Below are positions 9,993-19,545 of a stretch of DNA of 64,000 bases, piece after piece (the stretch's first letter is position 1; each line of letters starts with the position of its first letter). The stretch is taken from contig CAZAKE010000003.1 of NCBI GenBank assembly GCA_964485495.1, positions 12,864 through 76,863 on the forward strand. Direction: 5' to 3'. A program made the translations under genes and the position numbers. The notes beneath the pieces were generated by a model. It was not told the DNA's origin. It saw only the letters and a program-made list of their open reading frames with translations, and searched no databases. The stretch is from an uncultured Spirochaetales bacterium (GTDB lineage: Bacteria; Spirochaetota; Spirochaetia; CAZAKE01).

Positions 9993-10043
9993 TGCACCCA
10001 TAGAGCGTATGCGGGAGCTGAACGTAAGAGGTGAGTGAAACGG

Positions 10044-12926
10044 ATGAGGAACAGTATGTCTCGAGAGCAGGATAGGAAATTAATCGAAGTACACGGACGG
10101 ATCGTTGCGACGATCCTTCTGTGTGCGGTGCTACTACCTTCAACCGGTTGTGACCTTACGGCGGACAAGGATCCGATTATCGTATATGTCTCGCCTTCCG
10201 GGAGCGACGGCTACACAGGCGGATCTGACGAGCCCTTCGCCACCCTTCAGGCAGCCATCGACTACGTCGAGGAGCGTGCAGGAGTTGGAGAGGTCCGCGT
10301 CGCCGCGGGGGAGTATAGACTCACCGAGCCGATGGTGCTTGAGGAGGGTGTCAGCCTCTATGGCGGATATTCCGAAACGTGGGAGCGGGACACCACTGCG
10401 AACGTTTCCATGGTGACCTTCGAAATCGAGGCCGAGGACACCGGTGAGGAGGGCAACCCTATGCCGGTGATCCGGGCCGGGGAAGAGATAACCGACGCCA
10501 CGGTGGTAGACGGTCTGACGATTACCGGGCTCAGGCGGGGCAACTACGTCGCCGGCATCCTGTGTGACAACGGGTCGCCTACGATTGCCGGCAATGTGAT
10601 CACCGGGTCGGAAGACAGTCAATACTCCTACGGTATCTATGTGCTGGGCGGATCACCGGTCATATCGGGCAACTCCATCATCGGCGGAGTGGACCCCCGG
10701 GCCAACGGCTACGGAATCTACTGCATGACGGGAGCGACTCCCGACATCACCGGTAATATCCTGATACAAGGCGCGGAAGACGCGCGCAACAACGCCTACG
10801 GTATTCTGACCAACGATGCCTCCTTCCCGGAGATCCGCGACAATACGGAGATCACCGGCGGTTCCGCCCGCGGCAGCTCCTACGGCATCCGGAACGCCGA
10901 GTCGTCTCCGGACATCCTCCGGAACGCCCTCATCACCGGGGGAATCGGCCGCACCTTCACCTACGGCATACGGAACAACAACTGTGCCCCCAAGATCGCC
11001 GAGAATACCGAGATATCCGGCGGTGTGATCGAGTCCAGCGAAGAAGACAGCACCACGGGCGATCAGGGTGGTGAAGATAGCGACGAAGCTCCCGAGGACC
11101 GGCCCGCCACCTACGGCATCTATAACTGGCAGTCTTCGCCGGACATCGGTTCGAACGTCTTGATCTACGGAGGGGACGGAGGCGCCTACAGCTACGGAGT
11201 TTTCAACGACGCGCAGCAGTCTCAGCCCGATGTCACGGATAATTCGATCCAAGGCGGCGGCGGCAGCGAGGAATCTCTGGCTATCGAAAACAGCGGAGGC
11301 GCCGCCACCTTAGGAGACGGTAACATTGTTCTGGACGGAAGCGATCTCGTACCCGATCTCATCTATGTGTCGGTGGCCGAGGGCAACGACGAGAACGACG
11401 GTTCTACGCCCGGCACGGCGATGGCGACCATCGAGGAGGCGATTGATTCTATTGCCGGCGGCAATGGAACCCGGGAGATCCGTGTCGCAGCCGGTGAGTA
11501 CCGGGTCGAAAATCCCGTCGAACTCGTGTCCGAGGTGACGATCCGGGGCGGTTTCGTCGAGGGATCGTGGGAAACCCCTGATCCCGATGCCAATTCGACG
11601 GTGATCGTGTACACGGGTGACGAGAATGGCACGGCGGCACTGCCGACCTACGCGGTGTACGCAGGTGGAGACGTCGACGAGACGGCCGGACTGGAGGGCT
11701 TCACGATCCGAGGAAAGAATGGCAGCTCGTATTCAGCCGCGGTGGTAATCGAGGGAGGGTCTCCGGTGATACGGTCGTGTATCCTGGTGGGGGGTGACGA
11801 CAACGGAAGCTCCTACGGCCTCTACATCACCGGCGATTCGCAGGCCGAGATACGCGAGTGCTCCGTCTACGGTGGCAGCGACTGCAGCTACTCATACGGC
11901 GTGTATGTCTCGGCGGCCGGTCCGATGTTCACCGAGTGCGTTATAGAAGGCGGTCCCAAGAGCCGCAACGACTCCTACGGCGTTTACCTACTGGGCGGTG
12001 CCGGGCCTACACTGACGTTGTGTGATGTCTCCGCCGGCAGCAGCACCAACACCTACTCATATGGGGTTTACGCCCAGGAGGATTCGACCCACACGCTGAC
12101 CGATTGCACGGTCGGCGGAACCGACGGGACAAAGTCGTACGGCATGTATAACGATTCCTGCCCGACCTTTACCGTCGAAGATTCCACCATCTTGGCCGGT
12201 AGCGGCAACTACTCCTACGGGTTGTGGAATATCGATTCCTCCGGGAACATCTACCGCAATGTCATCTACGGCGGAAGCGGGAGCCTGCGAAACATCGGAA
12301 TCTACAACGACTCCCACTCGTCCCCGGATATCTTCAACAACGTAATCGCCGCCGGCAAGGGCGGTGCCGAGGGCTGTTACGGCATCTACTGCGTGGATAC
12401 CTCCTCTCCCGCGGTGTATAACAACACGATCTCGGGGGGGGAGCCCGGCGGTACCGGCGACGCCGTGGCCGTCTTCGTGAACGACTCGCAGCCGACGCTT
12501 CGGAACAACATCCTCTTCGCGGTTGGCGGAGGCGGCGATATCATCGGCATCTGGGAGGCCGACGCCTACGGCGATCCGCAGGAGGTCTCCAACAACGTGT
12601 TCCTCGACACGCTGACGACAACACTCTATCGGGATGAAGGCGATACCGCGCGGGACATTGGAACGGTAGCGGGCATAGAAGACGGTTCGCTGACCGGCAC
12701 CGTCGCGATAGACAACTACGACGGCCTTAGTTCGGCGATCTTCGTGAACTATGCCGGCACCGACGGTGATCCCGCCACCGTGACGGATAACCAATGGAAC
12801 CTGACGGCCGGCGCGTCTGCCGATGTTCGCCAAGGTGGAGCCGACCTGTCCGACGAGTTTACCGACGATGTCGAGGGTAATGAACGGGACGTTCCCTGGT
12901 CTGTCGGAGCGTACGAATGGGATTAG
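10044..12926 (+). CDS. large lipoprotein with a tandemly duplicated right-handed parallel beta-helix (pectate-lyase-like/DUF1565-like) architecture
   Basis: RBS AAGAGGTGA precedes the ATG at 10044. The signal peptide ends LLPSTGC, a lipobox-like site. Two modules each open with YVSPSGSDG...AIDxxxxG...VRVAAGEYR, followed by many SYGIxN / SPDI turns typical of beta-helix coils. Confidence 0.7.
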   Translation: MRNSMSREQDRKLIEVHGRIVATILLCAVLLPSTGCDLTADKDPIIVYVSPSGSDGYTGGSDEPFATLQAAIDYVEERAGVGEVRVAAGEYRLTEPMVLEEGVSLYGGYSETWERDTTANVSMVTFEIEAEDTGEEGNPMPVIRAGEEITDATVVDGLTITGLRRGNYVAGILCDNGSPTIAGNVITGSEDSQYSYGIYVLGGSPVISGNSIIGGVDPRANGYGIYCMTGATPDITGNILIQGAEDARNNAYGILTNDASFPEIRDNTEITGGSARGSSYGIRNAESSPDILRNALITGGIGRTFTYGIRNNNCAPKIAENTEISGGVIESSEEDSTTGDQGGEDSDEAPEDRPATYGIYNWQSSPDIGSNVLIYGGDGGAYSYGVFNDAQQSQPDVTDNSIQGGGGSEESLAIENSGGAATLGDGNIVLDGSDLVPDLIYVSVAEGNDENDGSTPGTAMATIEEAIDSIAGGNGTREIRVAAGEYRVENPVELVSEVTIRGGFVEGSWETPDPDANSTVIVYTGDENGTAALPTYAVYAGGDVDETAGLEGFTIRGKNGSSYSAAVVIEGGSPVIRSCILVGGDDNGSSYGLYITGDSQAEIRECSVYGGSDCSYSYGVYVSAAGPMFTECVIEGGPKSRNDSYGVYLLGGAGPTLTLCDVSAGSSTNTYSYGVYAQEDSTHTLTDCTVGGTDGTKSYGMYNDSCPTFTVEDSTILAGSGNYSYGLWNIDSSGNIYRNVIYGGSGSLRNIGIYNDSHSSPDIFNNVIAAGKGGAEGCYGIYCVDTSSPAVYNNTISGGEPGGTGDAVAVFVNDSQPTLRNNILFAVGGGGDIIGIWEADAYGDPQEVSNNVFLDTLTTTLYRDEGDTARDIGTVAGIEDGSLTGTVAIDNYDGLSSAIFVNYAGTDGDPATVTDNQWNLTAGASADVRQGGADLSDEFTDDVEGNERDVPWSVGAYEWD

Positions 12927-14872
12927 AAACTACCGCCGCCCATCGATACGTCAAGGGTTATCGAGATGAGCGGACCGCCGCTCCCGTCTCCATCTCCTAC
13001 CCCGAGGAGGGCGGTCGGATCGGTGTATTCGTCTCCCGGCTCCCCGAAGGTCATCCGGATACCGAAGTTGATGGTGATGTAGTCGAAGATCTTCACTGAG
13101 AGAGACGGCGAGAAGATACCCGACAGGTCGTTGAAATTCACCAACCCGAAGGTGGTGATGCTGAGTGCCGTATCTCCAATCTCGTTGAAATTAATACCCA
13201 TCGCGGCATAATGCCGGCCGAAATTCGTGACATCACCTACCGAGAGGGCCGGGGGGTCCTCGTAGTCGTCGGGTCGCTCCTCGCCGTCAGGGATGGCGAG
13301 GCCGTTGCTGTCGGGGTTCTGGAGTAGATAGTAGGCCGGCTCGAGAAGGCTGGAATTCTTGTACCCCTCTCCGTTGAACAGGTACTGCCCGTAGAGGTTG
13401 ATGTTCTTGTCCATGTTGAGGTAGATGAGACCAATGGTTCCCGAGAAAAAGGGCCGGGAGTCTTCGGTGTAGGTTTCAAGCACCGTTTCCAGGTCGTCGT
13501 CCCGATCCGAAGTGGCCCGAGATTGATCCGCTGCTCGTCGTACGAATATGCGGTCGGAGCCGTAACTCACGATTCCCTCACCGAAGATATCCACGTCCCG
13601 GATGGAGGTGGAGAACATGGCGATCGCCCGTGGTGCGAGTCTTCGTTGATAGAATGCACCGATACCGAGCTCGGTATTTCCAACGACGAACTCGAATTTC
13701 GGCGCCAGTGCTAGGTCGAGGGGTTCATCGGCGTTGTTGGAGATAAGATAGAAATACGCGTTGTGCACCTGGAAGGGCAGGTGGACCTTGAGTGAGATCG
13801 GCCCCTCCCGGTCGGCCGTCGGATCTTCGGTGTCGATGGGCGTCAGGTTGAGGACATCCGCGGGGCTCCAGAAATACCCGACGCCCCATTTGATCGTGTG
13901 CTTTCCGAACCGGAAGAAGAGCTTGTCCTCCCAGCTGAAATCCGCGAAGAGCTCAGGGATGGAGAGGGTGAGTGAGGTCGGCTGCTCGAAGAGGGGCGTT
14001 CCGCTGCCCTCCTGCTCCTCGGATTCGTCCGTCTCTTCGTCTACAACGGGGTCCAGATCCGCGTCGGGATCGTAGTCGCCCGGTGTGCCGGGATCGGTGT
14101 CTTCGTCGGAGGGCGGCTGATCGTCACTCCCATCGGCGGTCTGCGCCGGCTGTGCCGGTTGAGGAAAGATGAGTGCGGTGAGGTCGACGTTTCCGAGATC
14201 CGTCAGATCTATTCCGCTCAGAAATGAATCCGCCGCCGATCCTGTCGCGATCTTCATCTTGCCGAAGACCCGGAAGGTATTCTTCGGCCGTGCGTCGAAG
14301 TAGAGGCTGGACGAGACCGTGGGAGAGAGGGACGCGCTGTACGCCGTGATGTCGAACCCCGGTGTCCAGAGGTCGTTCCAAGTCCAGCTCATCCCGAGGG
14401 TGCCGCGGAAATTGCCTCCCCATTCGACCTTTTCCGTAACCAGAAACTGATCCTGCGGGGCCGCATCCTCCGCCGTCGCCGATTCATCGGCCTCTTCGAT
14501 CATATCTCCCGATTCGAAGAGTTTGTCCAGGTCGTCCAGGGCGAACACATCGATCTCGCCTGCATCATCGGTTTCTTCGGACTCATCGATGGCATCCTCT
14601 CCGTCGTCACCGAACGGATCTAGCAGATCCAATTCACCGGAGGACTCCGCGGTGTCCGAAGGGGCGGCGAAGGGGTCACTCAGGAAGGAGGGGAACTCCT
14701 CCTCGGACTCATCTGCGGCGGAAGGCGCCGGACTCGCTTCGGAATCGCCCGTCTCCTGCGGGAGTAGTACCGCCGCGCAGAGAATTCCCATGACGAGTAC
14801 TGCAGCTATACGACGAATTCGTCTCAGCCCAATAGATCCGGGTATCGGTCTCATCCGAGCGGTCCGGTTCAT
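12923..14872 (-). CDS. acidic secreted protein, probable outer-membrane beta-barrel with a C-terminal Phe
   Basis: Signal peptide MNRTARMRPIPGSIGLRRIRRIAAVLVMGILCAAVLL. Two highly acidic low-complexity segments. Long beta-strand-rich aromatic/Gly region ending ...DVSMGGGSF (terminal Phe as in OMPs). The stop overlaps the convergent beta-helix gene stop. Confidence 0.55.
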   Translation of the reverse strand: MNRTARMRPIPGSIGLRRIRRIAAVLVMGILCAAVLLPQETGDSEASPAPSAADESEEEFPSFLSDPFAAPSDTAESSGELDLLDPFGDDGEDAIDESEETDDAGEIDVFALDDLDKLFESGDMIEEADESATAEDAAPQDQFLVTEKVEWGGNFRGTLGMSWTWNDLWTPGFDITAYSASLSPTVSSSLYFDARPKNTFRVFGKMKIATGSAADSFLSGIDLTDLGNVDLTALIFPQPAQPAQTADGSDDQPPSDEDTDPGTPGDYDPDADLDPVVDEETDESEEQEGSGTPLFEQPTSLTLSIPELFADFSWEDKLFFRFGKHTIKWGVGYFWSPADVLNLTPIDTEDPTADREGPISLKVHLPFQVHNAYFYLISNNADEPLDLALAPKFEFVVGNTELGIGAFYQRRLAPRAIAMFSTSIRDVDIFGEGIVSYGSDRIFVRRAADQSRATSDRDDDLETVLETYTEDSRPFFSGTIGLIYLNMDKNINLYGQYLFNGEGYKNSSLLEPAYYLLQNPDSNGLAIPDGEERPDDYEDPPALSVGDVTNFGRHYAAMGINFNEIGDTALSITTFGLVNFNDLSGIFSPSLSVKIFDYITINFGIRMTFGEPGDEYTDPTALLGVGDGDGSGGPLISITLDVSMGGGSF

Positions 14873-14875
14873 GGA

Positions 14876-15637
14876 TCAATTATTCACTTTTTCGAGATAC
14901 GCCTTCGTAAATACGAAGTCCGGGAGTTTCGATACGATCGGGTCGGTCAAGGTTATCTGCGTCTTTTCCCCCTCCTTCAGGTTGTCTACCATCAACATCT
15001 GAGCCGGTATGTACTTCTCGGCAACTTTGGTGTATTTCGTGAAGAAAGCGGTACGCATCAGGCGTCTTTCCTCGCCGGCACTGTAACTCTCCTGCTTCAA
15101 GACCAGGGTCACGTCTCTTCTGATCCACAGCTTGAGTTTGTCGTAGGAGACCTCGTTGTTCTTGGCCTGCAGATCCAGGATATACACCGGAAACTTGCCC
15201 AACTCGGCTTCTTCCCACGCCACCACATCGTAGTCTTCCGCCAGCGAGCTCTGGGTGAAATCGCTGTTCTTGGCATCGGAATTGACGACGTTTTCCTTCA
15301 TCGATGAGTGTGAAAATTTCCTGCTCTCCGGATCGTAGAACCATACGTTGTCGTCGACCTGTAGGTATCCCTGACCCTTCTGCACCTCCGGCTTAAGAAT
15401 CAGCAGAAGGAATTGGTCGTTCAGGTCACGCCTGAAAAGGCGGACCTGGTGGACCTCCTGCGGTTCTCCCGGTTTCTGCGAAACCACCGTGTAGACACAG
15501 CTGAAATCGTTGTCCTCGAAGGACTGCATATCGTCGATCGTTCGCAGCATGCCCGTGAAGTCGGGCTCCGCCGTGACTCCGGTAATGAGCACGATCGCGA
15601 AAAGTGAAATACATATGTAGAGAATATATCTGTTCAT
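14876..15637 (-). CDS. LolA-like outer-membrane lipoprotein-sorting family protein
   Basis: Signal peptide MNRYILYICISLFAIVLITGVTA. Sequence pattern (DFSCVYTVVSQKPGEPQEVHQVRLFRRDLNDQFLLLILKPEVQKGQGYLQVDDNVWFYDPESRKF) resembles the LolA-like sorting-protein family that commonly accompanies FtsX-type ABC transporters. It ends 3 nt before the downstream OMP gene. Confidence 0.55.
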   Translation of the reverse strand: MNRYILYICISLFAIVLITGVTAEPDFTGMLRTIDDMQSFEDNDFSCVYTVVSQKPGEPQEVHQVRLFRRDLNDQFLLLILKPEVQKGQGYLQVDDNVWFYDPESRKFSHSSMKENVVNSDAKNSDFTQSSLAEDYDVVAWEEAELGKFPVYILDLQAKNNEVSYDKLKLWIRRDVTLVLKQESYSAGEERRLMRTAFFTKYTKVAEKYIPAQMLMVDNLKEGEKTQITLTDPIVSKLPDFVFTKAYLEKVNN

Positions 15638-15729
15638 GGTTCCTACTCCTCCTATCCGTCATTCGTCCCAAATATTCCGTCGAAGCATCCTCAAAATAAA
15701 ACTTTTGCACATGACCGCTTCGTCTACGC

Positions 15730-17040
15730 CTACTTCGTCGTTCTGAGCGCGTCTGCAGGACGCAGCATCGCGGCGCTCCTGGCGGGAAAATATGCCGCGA
15801 CGATCGTCAAGACCGCAATTATCGCCACATTCAACCCGATCTGCCACAGCGCGACCTTGAATGTCATATAGCCGTTCTTCAGGAGAATAAATATCGCCGA
15901 GTCCATTCCCCAGAAAATTCTCGATAGTGCGAACATGATGACACCGGCCCCAAGGAGCCCCGCCAACGCTCCGCCCAGCGACAGAAAGAGGGCCTCCAGC
16001 AGGAAGAGAAGCCTGATGTTATCCCTCTGCATACCCAGTGCCCGCATAGTCCCGATCTCGCGTATTCGCTCGTACATGACCATCCTGAAGGTGTTCGTGA
16101 CTCCGACCATGATGATCAGGAACAGGACCAACAGGATGATGATCGAGGCGATATTCAGAATACGGACCACCTCTTTCACCTCCGAGAGGATGTCGTTGAG
16201 TGTGTAGAAGCGGTATCGGATACCCTCCCACTCCTGCTCTTCCTCCTGCATCAAGATGGCTCGGATCGGATTCTCTCCCTCTCCCTGCTCGCCTCGATCG
16301 AACAGGGATACCCGTTCCGACAGGGCCGTGTAGTAGGTGTCCGCAGTCTCGTCGATGTACTTCATGTCCTCCAGGAACAGCCCCAGGGTCATATATTCAC
16401 CCGGACCCAGCTGCAGCAGCTCGGACACATACTCCAGGTTCGCATAACAGGATACACGCCCCAAGAGTCCGGGATCGATGCTGATGGCTACCAGTTCGAA
16501 CTCCCCGACGTTCTGTTGTCCCGAGTAGGTCTGCATCTGCACCAGTATGCGGTCTCCGATACGTACGTTCAGCCTTTGTGCGAAGTCTTCACTCAGGATC
16601 AGGGCGTTCCGTTTTTCCATCGCGTCGAAGGTACCCTGTTTCAGGACTATGCGCTCCTTCGCGTATGCCTCGGCCTGCCAATCGACGCCGATGACGGTTT
16701 GACGCAGGCTTTCTCCTTCGAAGATCAGGGTGCCCCGGAAATTGGAGCGTTTCGTGATGAATTGGACCGGTAGGTCCAGGCTTTCGAGGGTCTCGAGCAG
16801 CACCGTATCATCTCTGATGAGCGCGAATTGCCTGTCGCTCCGGCTTTTCTCTACGCCGTCGATGAAGATGTGGCCGGCCAATATGTGTGAAAAGTTCTCT
16901 CCCACGTTCTCTACGAAGCTACCCGCGAAGCCGTTTATCAACGTCACGATGAGCAGGCCGAATGCGATGGCGCCTCCCAGGAGGAAGCTGCGTTTCTTCT
17001 GTCTATTCAGGTTACGGAACGCTATCCGTGCTTCTTTCAT
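15730..17040 (-). CDS. ABC transporter permease, FtsX/MacB/LolCE family
   Basis: N-terminus MKEARIAFRNLNRQKKRSFLLGGAIAFGLLIV, a large periplasmic loop, and three C-terminal TM helices with the conserved FtsX region (GTMRALGMQRDNIRLLFLLEALFLSLGGALAG). Confidence 0.85.
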   Translation of the reverse strand: MKEARIAFRNLNRQKKRSFLLGGAIAFGLLIVTLINGFAGSFVENVGENFSHILAGHIFIDGVEKSRSDRQFALIRDDTVLLETLESLDLPVQFITKRSNFRGTLIFEGESLRQTVIGVDWQAEAYAKERIVLKQGTFDAMEKRNALILSEDFAQRLNVRIGDRILVQMQTYSGQQNVGEFELVAISIDPGLLGRVSCYANLEYVSELLQLGPGEYMTLGLFLEDMKYIDETADTYYTALSERVSLFDRGEQGEGENPIRAILMQEEEQEWEGIRYRFYTLNDILSEVKEVVRILNIASIIILLVLFLIIMVGVTNTFRMVMYERIREIGTMRALGMQRDNIRLLFLLEALFLSLGGALAGLLGAGVIMFALSRIFWGMDSAIFILLKNGYMTFKVALWQIGLNVAIIAVLTIVAAYFPARSAAMLRPADALRTTK

Positions 17041-17113
17041 ACTATATTCCTATGTACCTATATTCCTATCAGGCAGGTTCACAGACAAATTTGTTGAACC
17101 TGCCGTGACATTC

Positions 17114-18592
17114 TCATTCCGTCTGCATGGCCTTGATCGGTTGTACCCGCAGTGCAACACCCAATGGATAAAGGCTCGCGATTATTCCCAGGATGATGAC
17201 GCCGAGAAAGGTATATCCGATATTGTGTAGCGTGACGATGGGGTGCAATTCCGGCCCGGCGAACAGGACCTGCAGGAATCCGTTGGTCGCCTCGAATCCG
17301 ATGAGGCTCAAGATTCCGATCACCGTGAGTCCACCGACGATGCCGATACAACCGAAGGTGACCGATATGGTCAGCACCTCGAGGGTGAACATAGACCTGA
17401 TGAAACTCTTCTGCGCACCCAAGGCCCGCATGGTTCCTATCTCACCGGTTCGTTCTATCACGCTGATCACCAGCGTATTTATGATGATGATCAGCGCCAC
17501 GATGACTACCAGGAAGATTGCACCGTTGAGCACGATCCTCACGACGTCCGCCGTACTGGAGAAGGGGGCCGCCGCGTCCTTCCAATCGATCACCTGAGCG
17601 TCTATGCCCTCCTCTTCGAACCAGCGGTTCATATCTCGGACGAATCTAGTCCGGTACAGGGGGTTCTTGAGTTGCACGATGATATACTCCCATGCGCCGG
17701 TATCGATCTCCGTTAACTCGCGCACCGGGGGGCTGTCGCCGAGGATATTGAAGAGAGAATCTTCGTCTTCGAACGTACCGTCCGACTCGTCCGTCACGAT
17801 CTCCTGATCGGCCTCGAAGAGCGTTTCGGCATCCGAGAGATCCAGGAGGGAGACTTCTTCAGCGGAGAGCAGTATCTCCCCTAGATTGCTTATTGTCTTC
17901 CCCTTGAGAGCCCTGATTGTCTGGATATCGATATAGGAGATCATATCCGCCCCCTCCGAGGCAGGGCCGAATCTGAAGATGCCGGTGATCGGCACCTCCC
18001 TGATCTTAAAACCGGTAGTTCCGAATCCGCTTATGAGAATTTTATCACCCACACCGATATCGATGCCCAGATCCTCCTCGAGCTCCATTATGTTGTTCTG
18101 CTCAAGAAGTATTCCTTCGTTTCCTGGTGTCAGATACTCACCCTCGAGAAGTAGTATGTTGTCGAAGATCTCCGAATACGTATCCGCCTCGATGCCGAAG
18201 AGCAGAACGAATCCACTCTCGTCGATCTCCTGTTGCGATTCGGTCTGGACCATTCCGAAGCCGGTTATCTGAGAAGTTACCTTGTCTACGTACCTGTGCT
18301 CTTCGACATGGGATCTGACTCGTTCGTATTCCGGAATGACCGGTGTTTCAGTGAACAACCCGGCGCTCTGTGCCCCGAAGAGGGAGATTTCGCCGTCGAT
18401 CACGCCGGTGATCACGGCATCTCCGGTGAAAAAGTTGATGAAAGACTTCTCTATCCCATGTGCCGCCGTGTCGATCAGGGAGTTGCCGATGACCAATATG
18501 GTGACCCCCACGGCGATGATTGTTCCGATGATCAGCGACTTGGACCTGTGTTCCTTCAGGTTGCGGATGGCGATTCTCATGAGAACGGGCAT
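17114..18592 (-). CDS. ABC transporter permease, FtsX/MacB/LolCE family, second paralog
   Basis: N-terminus MPVLMRIAIRNLKEHRSKSLIIGTIIAVGVTIL, a large periplasmic domain, and C-terminal GTMRALGAQKSFIRSMFTLEVL motif. Its start overlaps the ATPase stop in a TGATG. Confidence 0.85.
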   Translation of the reverse strand: MPVLMRIAIRNLKEHRSKSLIIGTIIAVGVTILVIGNSLIDTAAHGIEKSFINFFTGDAVITGVIDGEISLFGAQSAGLFTETPVIPEYERVRSHVEEHRYVDKVTSQITGFGMVQTESQQEIDESGFVLLFGIEADTYSEIFDNILLLEGEYLTPGNEGILLEQNNIMELEEDLGIDIGVGDKILISGFGTTGFKIREVPITGIFRFGPASEGADMISYIDIQTIRALKGKTISNLGEILLSAEEVSLLDLSDAETLFEADQEIVTDESDGTFEDEDSLFNILGDSPPVRELTEIDTGAWEYIIVQLKNPLYRTRFVRDMNRWFEEEGIDAQVIDWKDAAAPFSSTADVVRIVLNGAIFLVVIVALIIIINTLVISVIERTGEIGTMRALGAQKSFIRSMFTLEVLTISVTFGCIGIVGGLTVIGILSLIGFEATNGFLQVLFAGPELHPIVTLHNIGYTFLGVIILGIIASLYPLGVALRVQPIKAMQTE

Positions 18593-19314
18593 CAGGCGTC
18601 TCCCTCACAGGCTTCATCGTCATCTCGGCGAACCTCCGATTCTACCAGGCCGTCGTGAAGCCGGATAACGTGGTCCGCGATGGAAACGATCGAGTCATCA
18701 TGGGTCGAAAAGATAAACGTAGTATCCATGTCGCGGTTGATCTTCTTCATGAGTTCGATGATCGACGCACCGGTGGTCGAGTCTAAATTCGCAGTCGGCT
18801 CGTCCGCCAGGACGATCTCTGGTTTCGTGACCAATGCCCGGGCGATGGCGACGCGTTGTCGCTGTCCTCCCGAGAGCTCATTGGGCTTGTGGTTCTTCCA
18901 GTCGCCCAGACCGACCTCCGCGACGAGGTAGTTGATCCACTCCTCCTTCTCCTCTTTTTCCATGGTCTCTCTCTTCCCGAGCAGGAGGGGAAATTCTATG
19001 TTTTCGTACACGTCGAGAACCGGTATCAGGTTGAACGACTGGAAGATGAAGCCGATGACATCGTGGCGGAGTGTCGTGATCTCCTTGTCGCTCAACCCGC
19101 CGGTCTCCTGACCGTTGATCGAGACGACACCCTCCGTAGGGGTATCGATGCATCCGATCATGTTGAGTATCGTCGACTTCCCCGAACCCGAGGGGCCGGC
19201 GATCGAGATGAAGTCCCCTTTGCATATTTCGAACGAAACCCCTTTGACTGCGTGTACCTCGGTCTTGCCCAAAGGGTACGTCTTCTTGACGTCCGTCAAT
19301 CGTACAATAGCCAC
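18592..19314 (-). CDS. ABC transporter ATP-binding protein (LolD/MacB-type)
   Basis: Walker A GPSGSGKST, signature LSGGQRQRVAIARAL and Walker B ILADEPT. Probable GTG start 6 nt after AAGGAG (MAIVRLTDVKK). The longer listed ORF start at 19395 has no RBS. Confidence 0.85.
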   Translation of the reverse strand: MAIVRLTDVKKTYPLGKTEVHAVKGVSFEICKGDFISIAGPSGSGKSTILNMIGCIDTPTEGVVSINGQETGGLSDKEITTLRHDVIGFIFQSFNLIPVLDVYENIEFPLLLGKRETMEKEEKEEWINYLVAEVGLGDWKNHKPNELSGGQRQRVAIARALVTKPEIVLADEPTANLDSTTGASIIELMKKINRDMDTTFIFSTHDDSIVSIADHVIRLHDGLVESEVRRDDDEACEGDA

Positions 19315-19367
19315 CGTATTCTCCTTCGCGTAGTATGGGCCTGGAAACAAATTCCACGCAACCGAAT

Positions 19368-19411
19368 CCGCATGTAATCCGCATATAATTCGCATGTAAT
19401 TCGTATATAAA
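19368..19411. repeat. four tandem copies of an 11-bp unit (YCGYATRTAAT) in a divergent intergenic region
   Basis: CCGCATGTAAT / CCGCATATAAT / TCGCATGTAAT / TCGTATATAAA, contiguous. It lies between the ABC ATPase gene (-) and the CaCA exchanger gene (+). Each unit carries a TATAAT-like -10 element. Confidence 0.7.
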
Positions 19412-19545
19412 TAGTAACGATAACCACCCCGAAAAACAATAAATCTTCTGTTTAACTGCGCAGGTCGGATTCTCGTGGGTGAAACTTGTTATAGCCCCAA
19501 AAATTATGTAGAGTGGGCCTATCTTCATAACGAAAATGAGGCCGT

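Noticed and set aside
18592-19395. Long form of the ABC ATPase ORF starting at 19395
   Set aside because: The first 27 codons (MRIICGLHADSVAWNLFPGPYYAKENT) precede the conserved N-terminus. A GTG with an AAGGAG RBS at 19314 gives the canonical MAIVRLTDVKK start.
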